DNA of 64,000 nucleotides, from contig CM102287.1 in assembly GCA_046563655.1 (NCBI GenBank), positions 8,556,001 to 8,620,000 of the forward strand, given 5' to 3'. Below, piece after piece: positions 1 through 13,300 of the stretch. Within the stretch, counting starts at the first letter, position 1. Each line of letters opens with the position of its first letter. This stretch comes from Yuukianura sp. NJ FZ-2021. Lineage: Eukaryota. The notes under the pieces were generated by a model. The model saw nothing but the letters and a program-made list of their open reading frames with translations, was not told the DNA's origin and did no database searches. A program made the translations under genes and the position numbers.

Positions 1-462
1 GCTGGAGGGTCTGTTCTCAACCGTGGTTAGTAATCACTGGTTACCCATTTTGGAGTTGACTTCTTAGACCCCCTTTTCATATCAAAGTCTCTTTCTGTAA
101 CTACTCTTGGCCTCCAGTTTTAAAGCGATGATGCTGGCGACTGTTTACTTTGTATGTCATGTGCATGTGCTGTTTTAGGTAAGTTTAACTCAACGGAACA
201 CGCTCTCATAAAAGTTACGTATTGGCTTTAATGTCTTACTGCGGTTATTAATAGTTTTTAACTGAAGTTATACCGTACTACGCGTTTTTAGTTTGAATTT
301 CTCAGTTAGTTGGCCATAAAACTTAGTTTAAAAAATGTTTTAAATGTTGCATGAAACCTGTTTAAAACCAATGTCCCTTTCTTTTAAAATCTCACAAAGA
401 AAAAAGTATTGTCCCGTATTTTTATCATTTTAAATAAATCGTGTTTTAAAGTTTAAAAAGCC

Positions 463-531
463 GATTTATAAGTTCACAGCAAGGGTCCCGACTACACAAA
501 AGTCCTATCTATAGCCTCTACATGTATTTAT
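463..531 (+). pseudogene. Remnant of the 3' end of mRpL14 last exon
   Basis: Translates HSKGPDYTKVLSIASTCI, versus HSKGPDYTKVLSIASTYI* at 39244-39300; no upstream part of the gene seen in 1-460. Confidence 0.85.
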
Positions 532-697
532 ATTTTTCGTAAGCATTGTATAAGGTAAATGTTAGTCCCTTTAGCGTTGACTTAGAATTTATTTCAAAGT
601 TACCGTCTTTAAAAAGAATGCGTAACGTGGAATTGTGACTGTTAGAATTTCGAATTTGGCTTCAAAGTTATAGGATAAAGCAAATGTTATTCTGGTT

Positions 698-2208
698 TCA
701 TTCAGCTTTGTTTTTGCCAGTGCGACCACTGTCGATCAGCTTTTGGAGATCGGAGGCCCAACCCATCGCCTCAGCAAACTTTAGCACTTGATCGTCACAG
801 TCGCCAAGAAGAGCGACGTCTTTGTTTTGCGAATCTTCAAAATTAAGGCCTTCCTTTCCCAAAAGAGCTCCAAAGGCAGGACTCGTCTTGTCAAAGTCCT
901 TCTGCGATGTAAATCGTTGTAAGAGTCTGGCCAAGAATGATGCTTCATTGTGGGAACAAACCTTCTCACGGTTGATGAGAACTCGCGGACACGTTGGTCG
1001 AACTCTAAAATTATTTTACATTTCAGGAATCTTTAGATCTAGAAAGTACTTCTAGTAGTAATGGTGAACTCACTTGTCCACTAGCGATGCAAATGGCTGG
1101 ACGACGAGGGAAGTGCCCATGATCACCAGTAAGTCACATTTTCCGAAGTCTTGACTAGCACAGTGGAAAAACCGGGGCGGAAGCGCCTCTCCGAAGAAAA
1201 TAATGTCGGGCTTGATTATCGAGTTGCAGCTACAAATTGGTAGAACGTCTTGCCGGATCTTTTCTGTAAGTCAAAGTCAAAGTGTTACTTTAGATTTTAT
1301 ATTTGTTCATGGCACCAAAATGATATTATAATTTAACCTCGCATCCAATCGAAGGAGTACTCTTTGTCACAACTGGTGCAGTGAGAGAGATGGAAGGATC
1401 CATGAGCTTCGACGATCTTTTCATCGGGAAGGCCCGCTAATCTTTCCAGCCCATCGACATTCTGAAAGTAAGTTAAACAATTGATTTCTTTATGACCATG
1501 ACCTTGCTAACAATCTGGACGCCGAAGATGAACTCTATTTTTACCTGTGTGTAGTGGCGCAGCAGAAGGCCTTTGTCGTGAAGCAACTTAACGAAGTAAT
1601 GGGATGGAGTTGGCCGGAATCCTTCGGGTAACAAATCTTTCGCCAGCGTGTAAAATGGCTTTGGATGTTTCTTGAAATATCCGATTTCAAACATTTGCTG
1701 AGGATCATGTAATTTATACGTTTGTTGAATTTTAGCGTACAGGCCACACGTCGGAGATCGAAAGTCGGGAATTCCAGCCGCTGTCAACACAGATCAATAC
1801 CTCTTAAATGATAAAGGAAATGGAGAAGCATCTGGAATTAAAACTTACAAGTAGAGATCCCTGCACCAGCCATGACGATAATGTTTCTGCACTTCCCATC
1901 CTCGATGTATCGTTTGATTCCATCCAAACTGGCATTCTGTAGAATCTAAAAGAAGAGGTATAAATTCCATATTCAGTACCTCTGCTTCAACAATCATCTG
2001 ATAAATAACGTAATTGACTTGCCTTAGATTCATCAATTCTCCCACTCGTAGAAGAACCGGGATCAGCCGCAGCGGATAACGCTTCCACCAGCGGAATTAA
2101 GTCATCTCCACTTGTAGTAGCCGTGGAGCCAGTATCATCAGCTGATGACGATGATTCGACATGCTGTCCATGTCCTTGGGAAGCTGGAGGATCCTTTTTG
2201 GCACTCAT
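698..2208 (-). CDS. SIRT2: NAD-dependent deacetylase sirtuin-2 (6 exons)
   Basis: Exons about 2208-2023, 1945-1849, 1780-1545, 1461-1338, 1263-1074, 1004-698. Motifs [31 protein letters not shown] (catalytic His), [32 protein letters not shown]; class I sirtuin. Confidence 0.93.
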
Positions 2209-2414
2209 CGTCACTGATCTGGGTGGGGTGTGGTCACTTTGTCACGGACACTTTTTAACGTAATCAATTAAGATAATTAATTAAAACATGAATAAAGATG
2301 ATGGTCACTAGAAAAGACGACAAGACAGTCTGTCACATCTGTTTCTGTGTTTGTTTACATTGAAATTTGCAAATAAAAATGAACACGAAAGTTCCTATTC
2401 CAAATGTGAATTTG

Positions 2415-3700
2415 TCAGATTTCAATTAGGCTATCGTACGGCGCGAAGAGGCAGGCTGCCCTTCGCTGTGAATGAAAATTCGAGTCGCGGGAAAAAGTTG
2501 AAGGGAGGAAAAGGGGCAGGGAGCCTTTCTGACTCGTACGATCCCCGCATAGCTCCGGACAGTTTTCGAGAGGAACCATCAACTTTACACAGCAATTCTC
2601 TTTCCAAAATTCAAAAAACCAAAAATTTTTGAAAATTCATATCTCTGGAACGAAACGCTCTAGAGATTTGATCTCTTCGCGAATTAATTCATAATAGTGT
2701 AAAGTATTTTGCAAAATTTTGAAAGGTTGAAAAACAAAAATTTTTTTTTTGCAAGTTTGCAGAAATTTTTTGCAGAATTTCAACTTCGTCGCGATTTCTG
2801 TGACCCCATCCGCCAGCTCATATTGCAAAACATCATTTCGCATAATTTAGAACAAAAATTTTGCAAAAAATGCACGTTGGAAATTTTGATGAAATTTGAA
2901 AAAATGGGAAGACTATAGTCTTTGCATTTTTTCAAAAATCGACCAGAAAACTTGTGTTCGCTTTTTGAGTTTTTTAAATTCTAAAAAATACTTCATGCAA
3001 CTCTGAATTTAATCGTGAAGAGATCAGCGCTCCAAAGCATTCTGTTCACGAGATGTGAATTTTCAAAGTTTTTTGAATTTTAAAATCTTTTGTATGGAAA
3101 TAAGTTTGAATGGAAGAAAAGTTTGGGGATTAATCCATACAAAAGTGGTCGTTTGTTCACTCAACTTTTTCAGTTCCACATACAAATAGACTCATCTTCC
3201 ATGTTTAGAAATTTTTAAAAATTGCAACTTTGCAGTAATTTCTTTGGCCCCATCGGTAGCTCACATTGCAAAACAACATTTAGAGTAAGCTGGTGCAAAA
3301 ATTTTTTCAAAAAACTCACGAAAATGTTGATAAAATTGCCATCTTATTCGAAAATCGGTGAAATTTTTTAAAATTGTTTTTGAAGTTTTTGGAATTTAAA
3401 AAATACTTTAGACTGTTCTGAATTTAGAAGCGAAGAGATGAACTCTCAAACGCATTCCATTCCTGAGATTTAGATTTTCAAAGTTTTAGAATTTCGGAGA
3501 GAAATTTTGTATTGTTTTGTTAAGGAAGCTGCTTGGAGCCGGCCCGAGTTGACAGGAGATTATGCGGAACAAAAAGGTTCCTTTCCCTTCCTCTACTTTT
3601 TCTTTTTTTTCCCGCAACTCGCCTCCCATTTACTGCTTCAGTGAACAAAGGAGGGAGCTTGCCTGCCTCTTCTTTCCGTATAATCTCCGATCTAAATTTC
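2415..3700. mobile_element. Foldback/MITE-like non-autonomous element with long degenerate inverted arms and internal tandem duplication
   Basis: GAAGAGGCAGGC (about 2445) vs GCCTGCCTCTTC (3661); CGAGTCGCGGGAAAA vs TTTTCCCGCAACTCG; 2625-2710 inverted to 3400-3490; 2770-3080 directly repeated at 3220-3490; no credible ORF or TSD. Confidence 0.6.
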
Positions 3701-4329
3701 TACTCTCTCAACGAAGTCCAATGTAAAAACACGCTTTCCAAAATTCATACTGTCCACGCATTTCTGCAATTCCATCAACCGCCTTACCTTGCCAGACATC
3801 TTCTCGCCCAATTTAGCATCATTTCATTCTTAATTTAATTAGCGAATTTTTGTAAATTACTAGAAACTCCTGGAAAACTCCGGATTTGAACGATTTATTC
3901 ACTGTTATAGATTGCTTTAATTAATATGCGCAGTTTCTAAAAGTAAATCTTTGGTTAGGTGAACTCAATCAGTAATTAATTAAATTAGGTTACGACAAAA
4001 CCACAATATAATTGTCAAAACCACAGTAAATCCCAATCTCGCGGGTAAATCGTTTAACAATATACTTTAACCAATAATATACTATGCGATAAACATGCGC
4101 TAAGTTAATTTGTTCCAAAAACATGAACCCTCGATAAGGATTGCGTATTTACCAACTACGAGCGATTGCGCTTAAGTAACTAAAACGATTAGTCTAATTC
4201 TAACGTAAAGTCTCTTTGGATGAACATAACCAACGTGTATTTACTTCTATTTCTACCAATCAACTTCAACAACCTACCACAAACGTCAGTTAATTCAAAA
4301 GCGTCTAAAATGGAGTCTAACGGCGCAGT

Positions 4330-7300
4330 CTACTTGGTCGTACCCGACGACGCAGTTGGCATTTCTGATTTGAGGTCAACATGAATCTCATCTCCATCTT
4401 GAATGTTGTACGAGTACAATAACTTTTGTGGAAACTTCATCTCTTCACGACCGAACACACCTTGCAGTTCAGGATTGGAGTAGAACAGGCGCATGTTTGT
4501 CGCAGGGATGTCGAGAAGCGGCTGCAGATTAGCCTGTATTCCAATTCAAAATCACAATTTTAGTCAACTCTGACGAATTTCATATTTTTAGTAAGAAGGA
4601 AAGCATACCTTCAATTCATTTGTAGTTTGATAAACGCTGATTTGCCGTTCCAGAACAACTTCGTTATGGCAAATACGAACCTTAGCTTTTGTTGTGGGTT
4701 TGAGCGTAACGTCAATCAGCGGAGCCAGGTCACCATGAATCGCTTTCAATTCCGCGTAGCTATTGAAATACATATTTTGCATTGTTAATTAAGTTAGTAA
4801 ATCAGTTAGTTTTAGCTTTTGTACGTCGCAAAAGCTCACCGCGGCGGTGGATTTTCAGCGCCATTGAACCGTCGAATGAATGCCCTCTCGGCGTCTTCCC
4901 GCTCTTGACTTGAAATAGGCGCTCCGCCATTAATCCGTGTGACCTTGGGCAGCAGGGCAATCAGTAACTGTCTCCTCTCATGTGCTAAAACATGAACAAA
5001 AACTTTTAAAAAGTCAAGCTCAAAGTTTCAAAAAGCAAAAACTTTTACCAGTGAGTTCACTCAGTGCAGGAATTCCAGCGATCCGCAGCTCAGTGAGAGC
5101 CGGAAGGAAGTTGATGGTAGAGATATGTGTCAAATCTTGTAAAAAAGTATTTGAGAGAGATATGCTTTGCAAGTTCTCAAAGCATTGACATCCTTCTTGA
5201 CTGATTGAAGCAATTGGACAGTCCGCTAATCCCAAATGACGAAGTCCTGGAAAGTGGCCTCCTGAAATACAAAGAAAAAAAAAATCAAAAATTATACTTT
5301 TTTGAAACTTTCAAAAATTGTTCATGATATTCTTCGTTTTTCCACGTTTCCGTACCAAGTTTAGCCACTTCCTCCCAATCCGTGATCGGATTAGCGTCAA
5401 ACATGAGTCTTCGAATGTGCGGAAAAGTGATTCCTTCATCATCATCACTGCAACTTCCATGTCCACTGTCGCTACTGAAGCTTCCGCACTCCTGTACCGA
5501 AGTCTCTTCCGGGTTCTTGCTCGAACCGGCAATGTTTGGCCTGAAACTGATTGTTTGTTTTGAATTGTCAACACTTCTGTACTCGTTGAGTGACAAATGG
5601 AGTTCCGCCAGTACTGGAGCTCTTCGTAACAGAAACCAAACTGACTCCCATGACACTTTGGTGGAAATGAGGATGAGGGTACTTAGGCGTGAAAGAAAAG
5701 GAAAGTTGAAGGCCGTGTCAAGGCTCAGTGGTGACCCCAAATTGTTGAAACTCAAATTCAGAAAGGAAGCTGACGGTGCGTACTGGAGAATTTTCGAAAT
5801 CTGCAAAAACACAAAACCAAAAATTCATCAATTACAAGGTTCTGTTAAAAATCAAATTTTTCAAAATATTTCAGGAAGTTTATGTAATTTTTTGGCATCC
5901 ATCCAAATTCTCAAGCCTATAATAAGAATCTAGGTCACTAGAATTCTGTTTCGGTCTGTTTCACTTTTGATTTTTGGTTTGGTTCCAGATTCTTAGCAAA
6001 TTCGTTTTTATGGTTAGTAATTTGCAAATTGTAATTCATCGTCTTAGGCGGGGAAGAGTAAACATTTTAAATCTAATAAATCATAAACCTCTGTAACAGA
6101 TTACGAAAGCGACGCAAAAACGAGGAAATGCGAAGTAGTTTGCTTTGTGGAGGCGTAAAAAGTCTCAAAAGTCAACAAAGGAAAACTCCTAAACTAATTT
6201 GTAAAAACGCAAAACCTAACTTAATGTTCTCGGCATAAAAACAAGCATAATTAAAATTATTTTGCACAACAATAGCTTTTGGAATTTCAAATCCAGAATT
6301 TTTTTAAACCAGAAATCCTGAATGCTTTCTGTTCAATCCGTGTTGAGAATATTTCAATTTTTTTTTCAGAAAATATTTTCAGTGTGCGAACTTTTTTTCT
6401 GAAAATGAATTTATAATTTTGTAAATTGAAATTTGAGATGGTCAGGTACAGAACTTTAAAAAAAGTTGAATTTCCAAAATTGCAAAACTGAGAGTACAAT
6501 AGAAGATCTGCCTTAAATAGTTTGTAGTGGGTGTGGTTGACGCTGAAATGCTAATAAGACGTAGATCATGATCTATTCTTTTGTAATTGCAATTCACACC
6601 TTTGTTTAGCCACTGTGCTAAACCAGATCATTAGTTACGCAAAACCAAAACAAAGTTAGAATTGAGGTAGTTGATTTGCAAATTTTGGAAAAAAAAATTA
6701 AGTTTATACCTCGTTCCAATGTTCCAGTCTGTTATGAGCAAGGTCAATCTCCAGAACTCCAGCGCAGGTTTTCTCCAGTGAACTTTCATCTCCAGCTGAA
6801 TCCACACCACAACCATTCAGAATCTGCAAATTCATAAAACCAAAAAATTAATTTTAGTTTTCTTCCATTGAAATGTCTATCAGCCAATGACAGACTCCAA
6901 ACATGACAAAGTCGCAATTACTTTGTCCATTTCCATAGCCAAAAGTTGCAAAAAAGTAACATTTACATCAAAACGGAATGAATTTGGCAAAGGAAGGTCA
7001 AAGCAAGAAAACAAAATTGGTTACACCAGAGTAATTAAATGTGCAATCAGTTCCTCAGTGTAATGCATTTTATGTTACTCTTATGAAGTTAAACTTCACT
7101 TTTTGAATGTTGAAGGCAACTCGTAACGCATTACTGGACAGGGACAATTATTACCTAAAGTCTATGCAATTCAGCAATGTCGCTCGTCATTTTACACCAC
7201 TATTTTGCACAACTATCCATAAACCTGACATTTCCTATACTTTTTTTTTTCTCCTAAAAGTGCAAATTTTTAAGGAAATGTGTCCATACTAGTACAAAAA

Positions 7301-8308
7301 ATCAAAAAATGCACATCTTTTTTTGAATTCATGTTTGGAATTTGAAGGCTCCATCGGTATCAGGCTACTTGAAAGCCAAAATTGATAGTGAAATAAGCAA
7401 ACCACAAAACCCAAGTTGCGAAAACCTCATCCGAATTGGCGAATATTGCGATTTTGATAGAGCAAGACGAATTGACTCCCTGACTAAAGAAATTTCCTAC
7501 GCTTTCGTTCTTAAGTAACTTTACAAAGGCTTGGCTTCATGCAACCAAATAGGCAAATCGACGTGTTTGCAATTTGCTAAATGTGGCGCAAAGTTAATTT
7601 GGTAAAAAGAAGAAGAAAAAAAAACATGACCAGCGAAAAATTGAAAAATAAGCTTATGCAACGATTTTCGTCTACAAAGCTTTGATTTTTTTCGTCCGGA
7701 TTTTTACAATATGAAACTACATGATCATCAACGATAATTGACAACCAAACTGCAATTGATCGATTCAAGTTCTAAGCTTATAACAAAAAAATGAGCGTCC
7801 AAGAACATAAATAAAAGACGGAATTGTTGAAACGTGAGATTTATGAAAGGGTTTGGCAAAATACGAACCAACGTCAACACTACACGGCTTCTTTGATATT
7901 TTTTTTTGCAATAATTTGCAAAACCATTGTGAAATTAAAAGAAGTTTGACCTTGGTGTTTTGTTTAGCTTCAAAAAAAAAGTTTTTGCGGATTTTGCAGC
8001 GTTCCTTTCTAAACTTAACAGCAAGAGTAGTTTACAAAACCTAGGCGCGTGTCAATGTAATCATCTCTTAAGAAAAGGAACGATGAAATTGATCATGATT
8101 TGCTTGTCTCGGAATAATAGTCGAAACTTTAACAAAGTGAAACTAAACGAATGGAATGTTTTTGCAATTTTTTTGTGCAATGACTTACGAGTAGCCTTGG
8201 TATGGATTTCCGTGGACCGATTCTTGGCACATAAATTCCAATGGGAGCCTCAGCATCAGCATCGTCCGTCCCGTACTTCGTTTCAATGGCATCCAGCAAC
8301 GATGGCAT
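4330..8308 (-). CDS. TBCEL: Tubulin-specific chaperone cofactor E-like (LRR + C-terminal ubiquitin-like domain)
   Basis: Exon 1 8308-8189 MPSLLDAIETKYG...PRLL joins ILNGCGVDSAGD...IDLAHNRLEHWNE; LRR exons (LNLSFNNL, LHLSLNEY); REDAERAFIR; HGDLAPLIDVTL; C-terminal FGREEMKFPQKLLYSYNIQDGDEIHVD; TAG at 4330-4332. Confidence 0.9.
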
Positions 8309-10321
8309 CTTGTCATTGGCAAATGGAAATCCAAAGTCTTCAGAAAACAGTAAACGTCTTTTTCAAAATATCACTGACGAAGTTCTCCACTGCGTTCCGG
8401 AAACGAATTCCGGACGTCGGATTCGTGTTCTTCGAAACACAATGGTTGAGGTCAAGGCACTCCAGATTCAGTCCGTTGGTCACCTCACGTTCGTAACGAC
8501 GACGTTCAGTAAAGCCTGCTTCATCCACATCCAGTCAATTTACAATTTGGAATTTGGAAATCCGTCTAAATTTTTGGGGAAACAAACAAAAAGGAAACGG
8601 TAAACACAACAAGTTCTATTTCTTTGTGTTGCGTTGCCACAGCAGCTGTGGTATTAACCTTGATTTTCTTGGAAAAAGACGACAACGACCGACTTTCAAA
8701 AGAAGACAACACAAATCACACTAAAAATCAAAGTTATTGGATTTCCGATGCTCTCGTTCGTGTCACCGTCAGGCTTCAGCGAATCCAAAAGTTATAATCT
8801 ACGCATGAATTTTCGCAAACACATCCATTCGCACACATAGACAAGACACACAAAAAGTAGACTTTGGCACTTGATGAACCAAATAGTTGAAAATTAACCA
8901 AAAAATGGGGACAGTCTATCTCTTAACTCGTTAACTTTAACTTTAGTGTGAGAAATGACACTTGACCTGTTCGTGTTCCTAGTCCAAATTGGAACTGAGC
9001 CCAGGAGTCGTCTACTGCGTTGTTTTTCTTCGTCGTTGCGTTTTCTTCCCCTCCTCACTGGCAATGTTTGTACATTTTTTCGCACCTTTACACTTTAATA
9101 AGACGTTCCTGGCGGGGAAGGAGCTTGCGAATTCCGTCTCTCCTATGTGCAAAAATTTGCAAATATGATAAAACTCAAAGCTAAACAAAGAGACGACGTC
9201 GGATTTCGGAGGAAATCGTTGACATAAAGTTGGTTTCGTACCTGACAACAACAGCTGATGGCAACAACAAAGCACAGCTGATGACGTGATAAATGTCCTT
9301 GGCTGGTGCTGTTTACTTTTTATGTTGTTGAGACTTTGTACTTGGAGTTTGTACGTGACAAGAACTCTTGGAAGGGGCTTACACAATCAATTGACGCTTG
9401 ATTCGATCGTCACCTAACCATTAACGGTCAACAACGATAAAAGGCAACTGTTTCCTCAGTTTGAGTGTGAAGTGGCTAACTGGACTTGTACCTAACCGAG
9501 CGAGAGAACTACCTTCATCTCGTGATTCTTGATCGTGATCTGCGATAAGTAATCAGTAGATTATCCAGAATCAGCCGTTGATTGATTAAGATTACATACC
9601 ACAGACAGACAACAGGTGACTTCAAGTGTTTCAATGTATTGGAATCGCGACAAATACCAATTCAGATTTAACGTCAGTATCGAACATTACATGTAACGTC
9701 TCGAATACATACCTGAACTTTTAAGTGTTTCTTCTTAATACATCAGAAATAATAATTTTGACTGACGTCGACGTGCTCCAGTACAAGTACAACTCCGACT
9801 CCTTGATTGACTACTACCTTGGTAAGGTTGAACTTTCGTTTTACATTACTTTTGCTTTTAATAATCAATTAATTCGCTGCTGGAAATAGTAAATTTAACC
9901 GCAACCTGTTGATTTACGAGCTCTATTTCCATTAATTCGATTATGTATGCATTTAAAAGCACTTTGCGACTTTCATGCAACTTTAAAAAGGCAATGCAAA
10001 GAGCTTCTGTTCAGTTTCAAAATCTAAAAGTGTACTTTGGCTGTGTTTTTTGCAACCTTGTAACCTTTGTAAGTGAAACATTTTGTTTGTCCTTTTGCTT
10101 TCAAAGATTTCCCGAATGTGTGCCAATTTTCCCTAATCCTGAAACCTGGCACTGCAGTTAATAGCCTATTTTTGCTAATGGAATCCATTACTGAAAAGAG
10201 ATCTGGTAGCTTACCCGGATTCAGGTCAAGTCCAACTAGGGTTAAAGGTTTCTAACCAGATGTATTTCATTTGCAGTAAAAATGCTTCGTTTGGTTGATA
10301 AGTGTTGAGAGTAGATTGTTT

Positions 10322-13300
10322 TTAGAGTAGTGGAAATGTTTTGGCGTATAAGCGATCCAGTTCCTCTTCTAGGCAACAGATTTCTTCAGCGTTCTTGGCA
10401 ATACGGCGCATGTAGTAAGCACTTCTCATGATAATCAGCATTCTACAAGGTCAAGAACAACGGATTAGATTTAACAAACCAGGTCAAAAATTACTTGAAA
10501 GTTGGACAAAGTACTAAGTTTCAAAACTGACCTCTCTCTATGAGCTCTAATTTCTTCCTCGCGATCTCCAACGTTGCAGAGCATTCGTCGTTCGTCCACT
10601 TCCATATTCTTCTTCAGCACGAGCTCTTCCTTTTCTTTACTGTCGTTGACCATGTTTTTGATGTTGGCTCTGAGTCGCCCCATTGCAATTCTCTTCTGTA
10701 GCATGACCTTGTCATGGAATCGAGCAAATCCATTTTGCAGCCTGCGTACAGCCTCAAGCCGACGTTTTTCTTCTGCTTTGAAGTCGTCGTAAGTCAACAG
10801 GAACCTAACGACGTCTTTCGTAATCTGAAACCAAATTCGGAAAAGTTATTTTCGAAAAAATTTCAGTTGTAATTGCTTATTTCTGTCCTTTGGAATTTAG
10901 TAAAATCGTTTTTCGAAATCACCCGAAGTGTGTTGATGTCGCGTAGCTTTTCCTGAGCATGTTTCTCTTCCAGTTGGGCTTTCTTGAATTTCCATTCAAT
11001 TTGTTTCACAGCTCGATGTTGAACTTTTTCACGCTCCAGTCCACCCAGTTTCAGAGTTTCGTATTTCTAAAATTTCAGGCAAAATCAATCTTAGTTTTTG
11101 AAAATTTGATAAAAAGTGAGAGTTCAATGTTTACCTTGATTTGGACGTTGCAAGCTTCAACAAGATGCTTTTGGATGAGCACGGCATTGTAAAAGTCACG
11201 TCGAACCAGAGCCCGTGGAAGTTCAATTTGGCCGTCTCGAATGACCATTTGGAACTCAACGTTATGAGTATGTCCCAGTCGGAGGTCACGGGCGCGTGAA
11301 ACTTCAGAAAGTACTGCGGCAATAGACTGTTGACCTTCTGCTTCTTTGGCTTTGAACGTATTCAGTACTCTGTGTAACACCGTAAGCTCTTCTGAAATCA
11401 ACTTGGCTTCATATTCACAAATGATTTTGTCACGACGAAGACGGCAAAAACGGTCCCAGGTTGACCGTGGACAGCCCACGGGAGTTTGCATGGCATCGTC
11501 CAGTTCATGAATTGCTTCAATTGCTTGATGACCTTCGGCATCATTGTGATGCAAACGCAGCGATTGTGATCCAAGTATTCGGATTGCCAGCCGCATCAAT
11601 TCTCCGCTCTTGTCAGCACTGAAGTTTAGCTTTGGTCGTTTTCTAAAGCCCAAAAAAGTATGAATTTGTACTTTTTTAAAATTAGTTTTCAAAATTTTGT
11701 GTTAAACTTACTTGTACATCTTAGCAAAATTGTCATAAAAGTATCCAACTTCGCCCAAGTCCATTCGGAACGTTCGTTCTAGAAGTCGTTCTTTTTCGGT
11801 GACAGTGTTATACTCAAAAGTACAATTGTCAACACGAGCAGCCAAATCTGCTGCTAAGCGATGAGTTGCTTTGATTTCATTTTGTAACTTTTTGAGTAAA
11901 GTGCTAAGTCGATCCTCTTCAGCTTCAACTTCAAATCGCTTCATGACATGACGAAGGATTCGACATAGTTTGACTTCTTCCATACGAATAGACAGTTCAT
12001 GCATCATTCTCGAGTGTTGTAACTGTTTCAGACGAGTATCAAATTCATGTTTGGCTTCTGCATTGGCTTTCAAAAGTTCTCGTAATTCTGCCTCCAATTC
12101 CTTCCGGTTCTCAGCTTTTTCTTGTTCGAACACTTCTCGTTTCTGGTAGTACTCGGCAGCTTTTTCCTAAATTTTTAAAAATTTTGAACAAAGTTAGAAG
12201 CTAGTTTTTTAAAAAAATGGAGTGATATTCCTCAGCACTCTAACCATTTCCTCAGCACTCCATTGCCATTCCTCTTTGGTAACCATGAAATCTGGTACAG
12301 GAATTTCAGTTTTCATGAGATCTTCATGTTGTTGTTGAGGATCTGGCGGAAGCATTGCGGCTTCCAATGCTTCTTTTTCAAGTCGCGCTGCTTCTGCATC
12401 AGCAGCAATCTTCGCCTTTTTAGTTTCTTCCTCAGTAAGAACTTTCTCGACTGGAATCTGTCAAGTTGAAAGTGAAACCAAAATGAATTCGGTGAAAATA
12501 GAATTTTCAAAATTGCTTAAAAATTGTAAACAGTGTCACCTCGGAGTCTTTAACTTCAAAAATGGTCTCCGGTTGTTCAAAAACTGTCGGTTCAGGGTCG
12601 TTGACCTCAACGTCCATGTCAAAGAACTCTGCAATTTTACGAATTCGCTTATTTCTTGCAACGATTCCTTCAACTTCAATGGCTTTAGCAGCTTTCAGTT
12701 CTTCAAAAGACGCGTTGAAGTCGACTTTCAGTTTCCGAATTTCGTTCTGCAAAAAAAAAATCAAAATTTGAAAAAGAGACAAAAATATCTTTTTCATGTT
12801 TTTTTTAAACTTACCATCAGAATTTTGATTTGTGACTGCATTTCATGCAAAGCTGCCAAGTCCAACTGATTATACAAATGTGAACTGGGTTCGAAGAATT
12901 CAAAAGTCAAACTTCCAGAAAACAAATGCTGAAGTTTTTTCTGATGTTCGATTTCTTCTGGAGTCAGCCTTGCAGTCAATTGTTGTTCTCGTACTTCCTC
13001 TCGTTTGATTTGTCTCTCCATGTCAGAGTCACTTTGGTCACTACTGTCATCTACTTCAACCAGAACTTGAGTGTCGTCGTCTTCATCTTCATTCACTTTT
13101 CGGTAGGCCATACGACGCTTCTTCCTTGGATGTTTGTGTTTTACATAATAAACTTCTGGAAGGAGCAGATCAAAGTCAAGTGGAATTTCATCTTGTTCGT
13201 GTTCTTCTCCATCGTCAGAATACGAAGAAAGTTCTTCTTCCTCCTCTTCTTCTTCTTCTTCCTCAAGGTCACTTCCGGAACCCGGCAAAGATGGAAGCTT

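Larger units (their letters stand above)
463..3821. repeat. Segmental duplication, copy A (mRpL14 3' scrap + intact SIRT2 + promoter + foldback-like element)
   Basis: Long colinear near-identity with 39223-41662, from TCACAGCAAGGG(T/G)CCCGACTACACAAAAGTCC to CGCCCAATTTAGCATCA; the ORF track also shows paired ORFs (2351 vs 40191, 1987 vs 39830). Confidence 0.95.

Noticed and set aside
2351..3838. ORFs of 68-101 aa, repeated at 40191-41835
   Set aside because: They lie in the inverted-repeat element, mostly use non-ATG starts, and show no transposase or other motif; recurrence is explained by the duplication.
12231..12271. Short duplication CCTCAGCACTC at a CFAP43 exon/intron edge
   Set aside because: Tiny local duplication; the intronic copy lacks a following GT donor.
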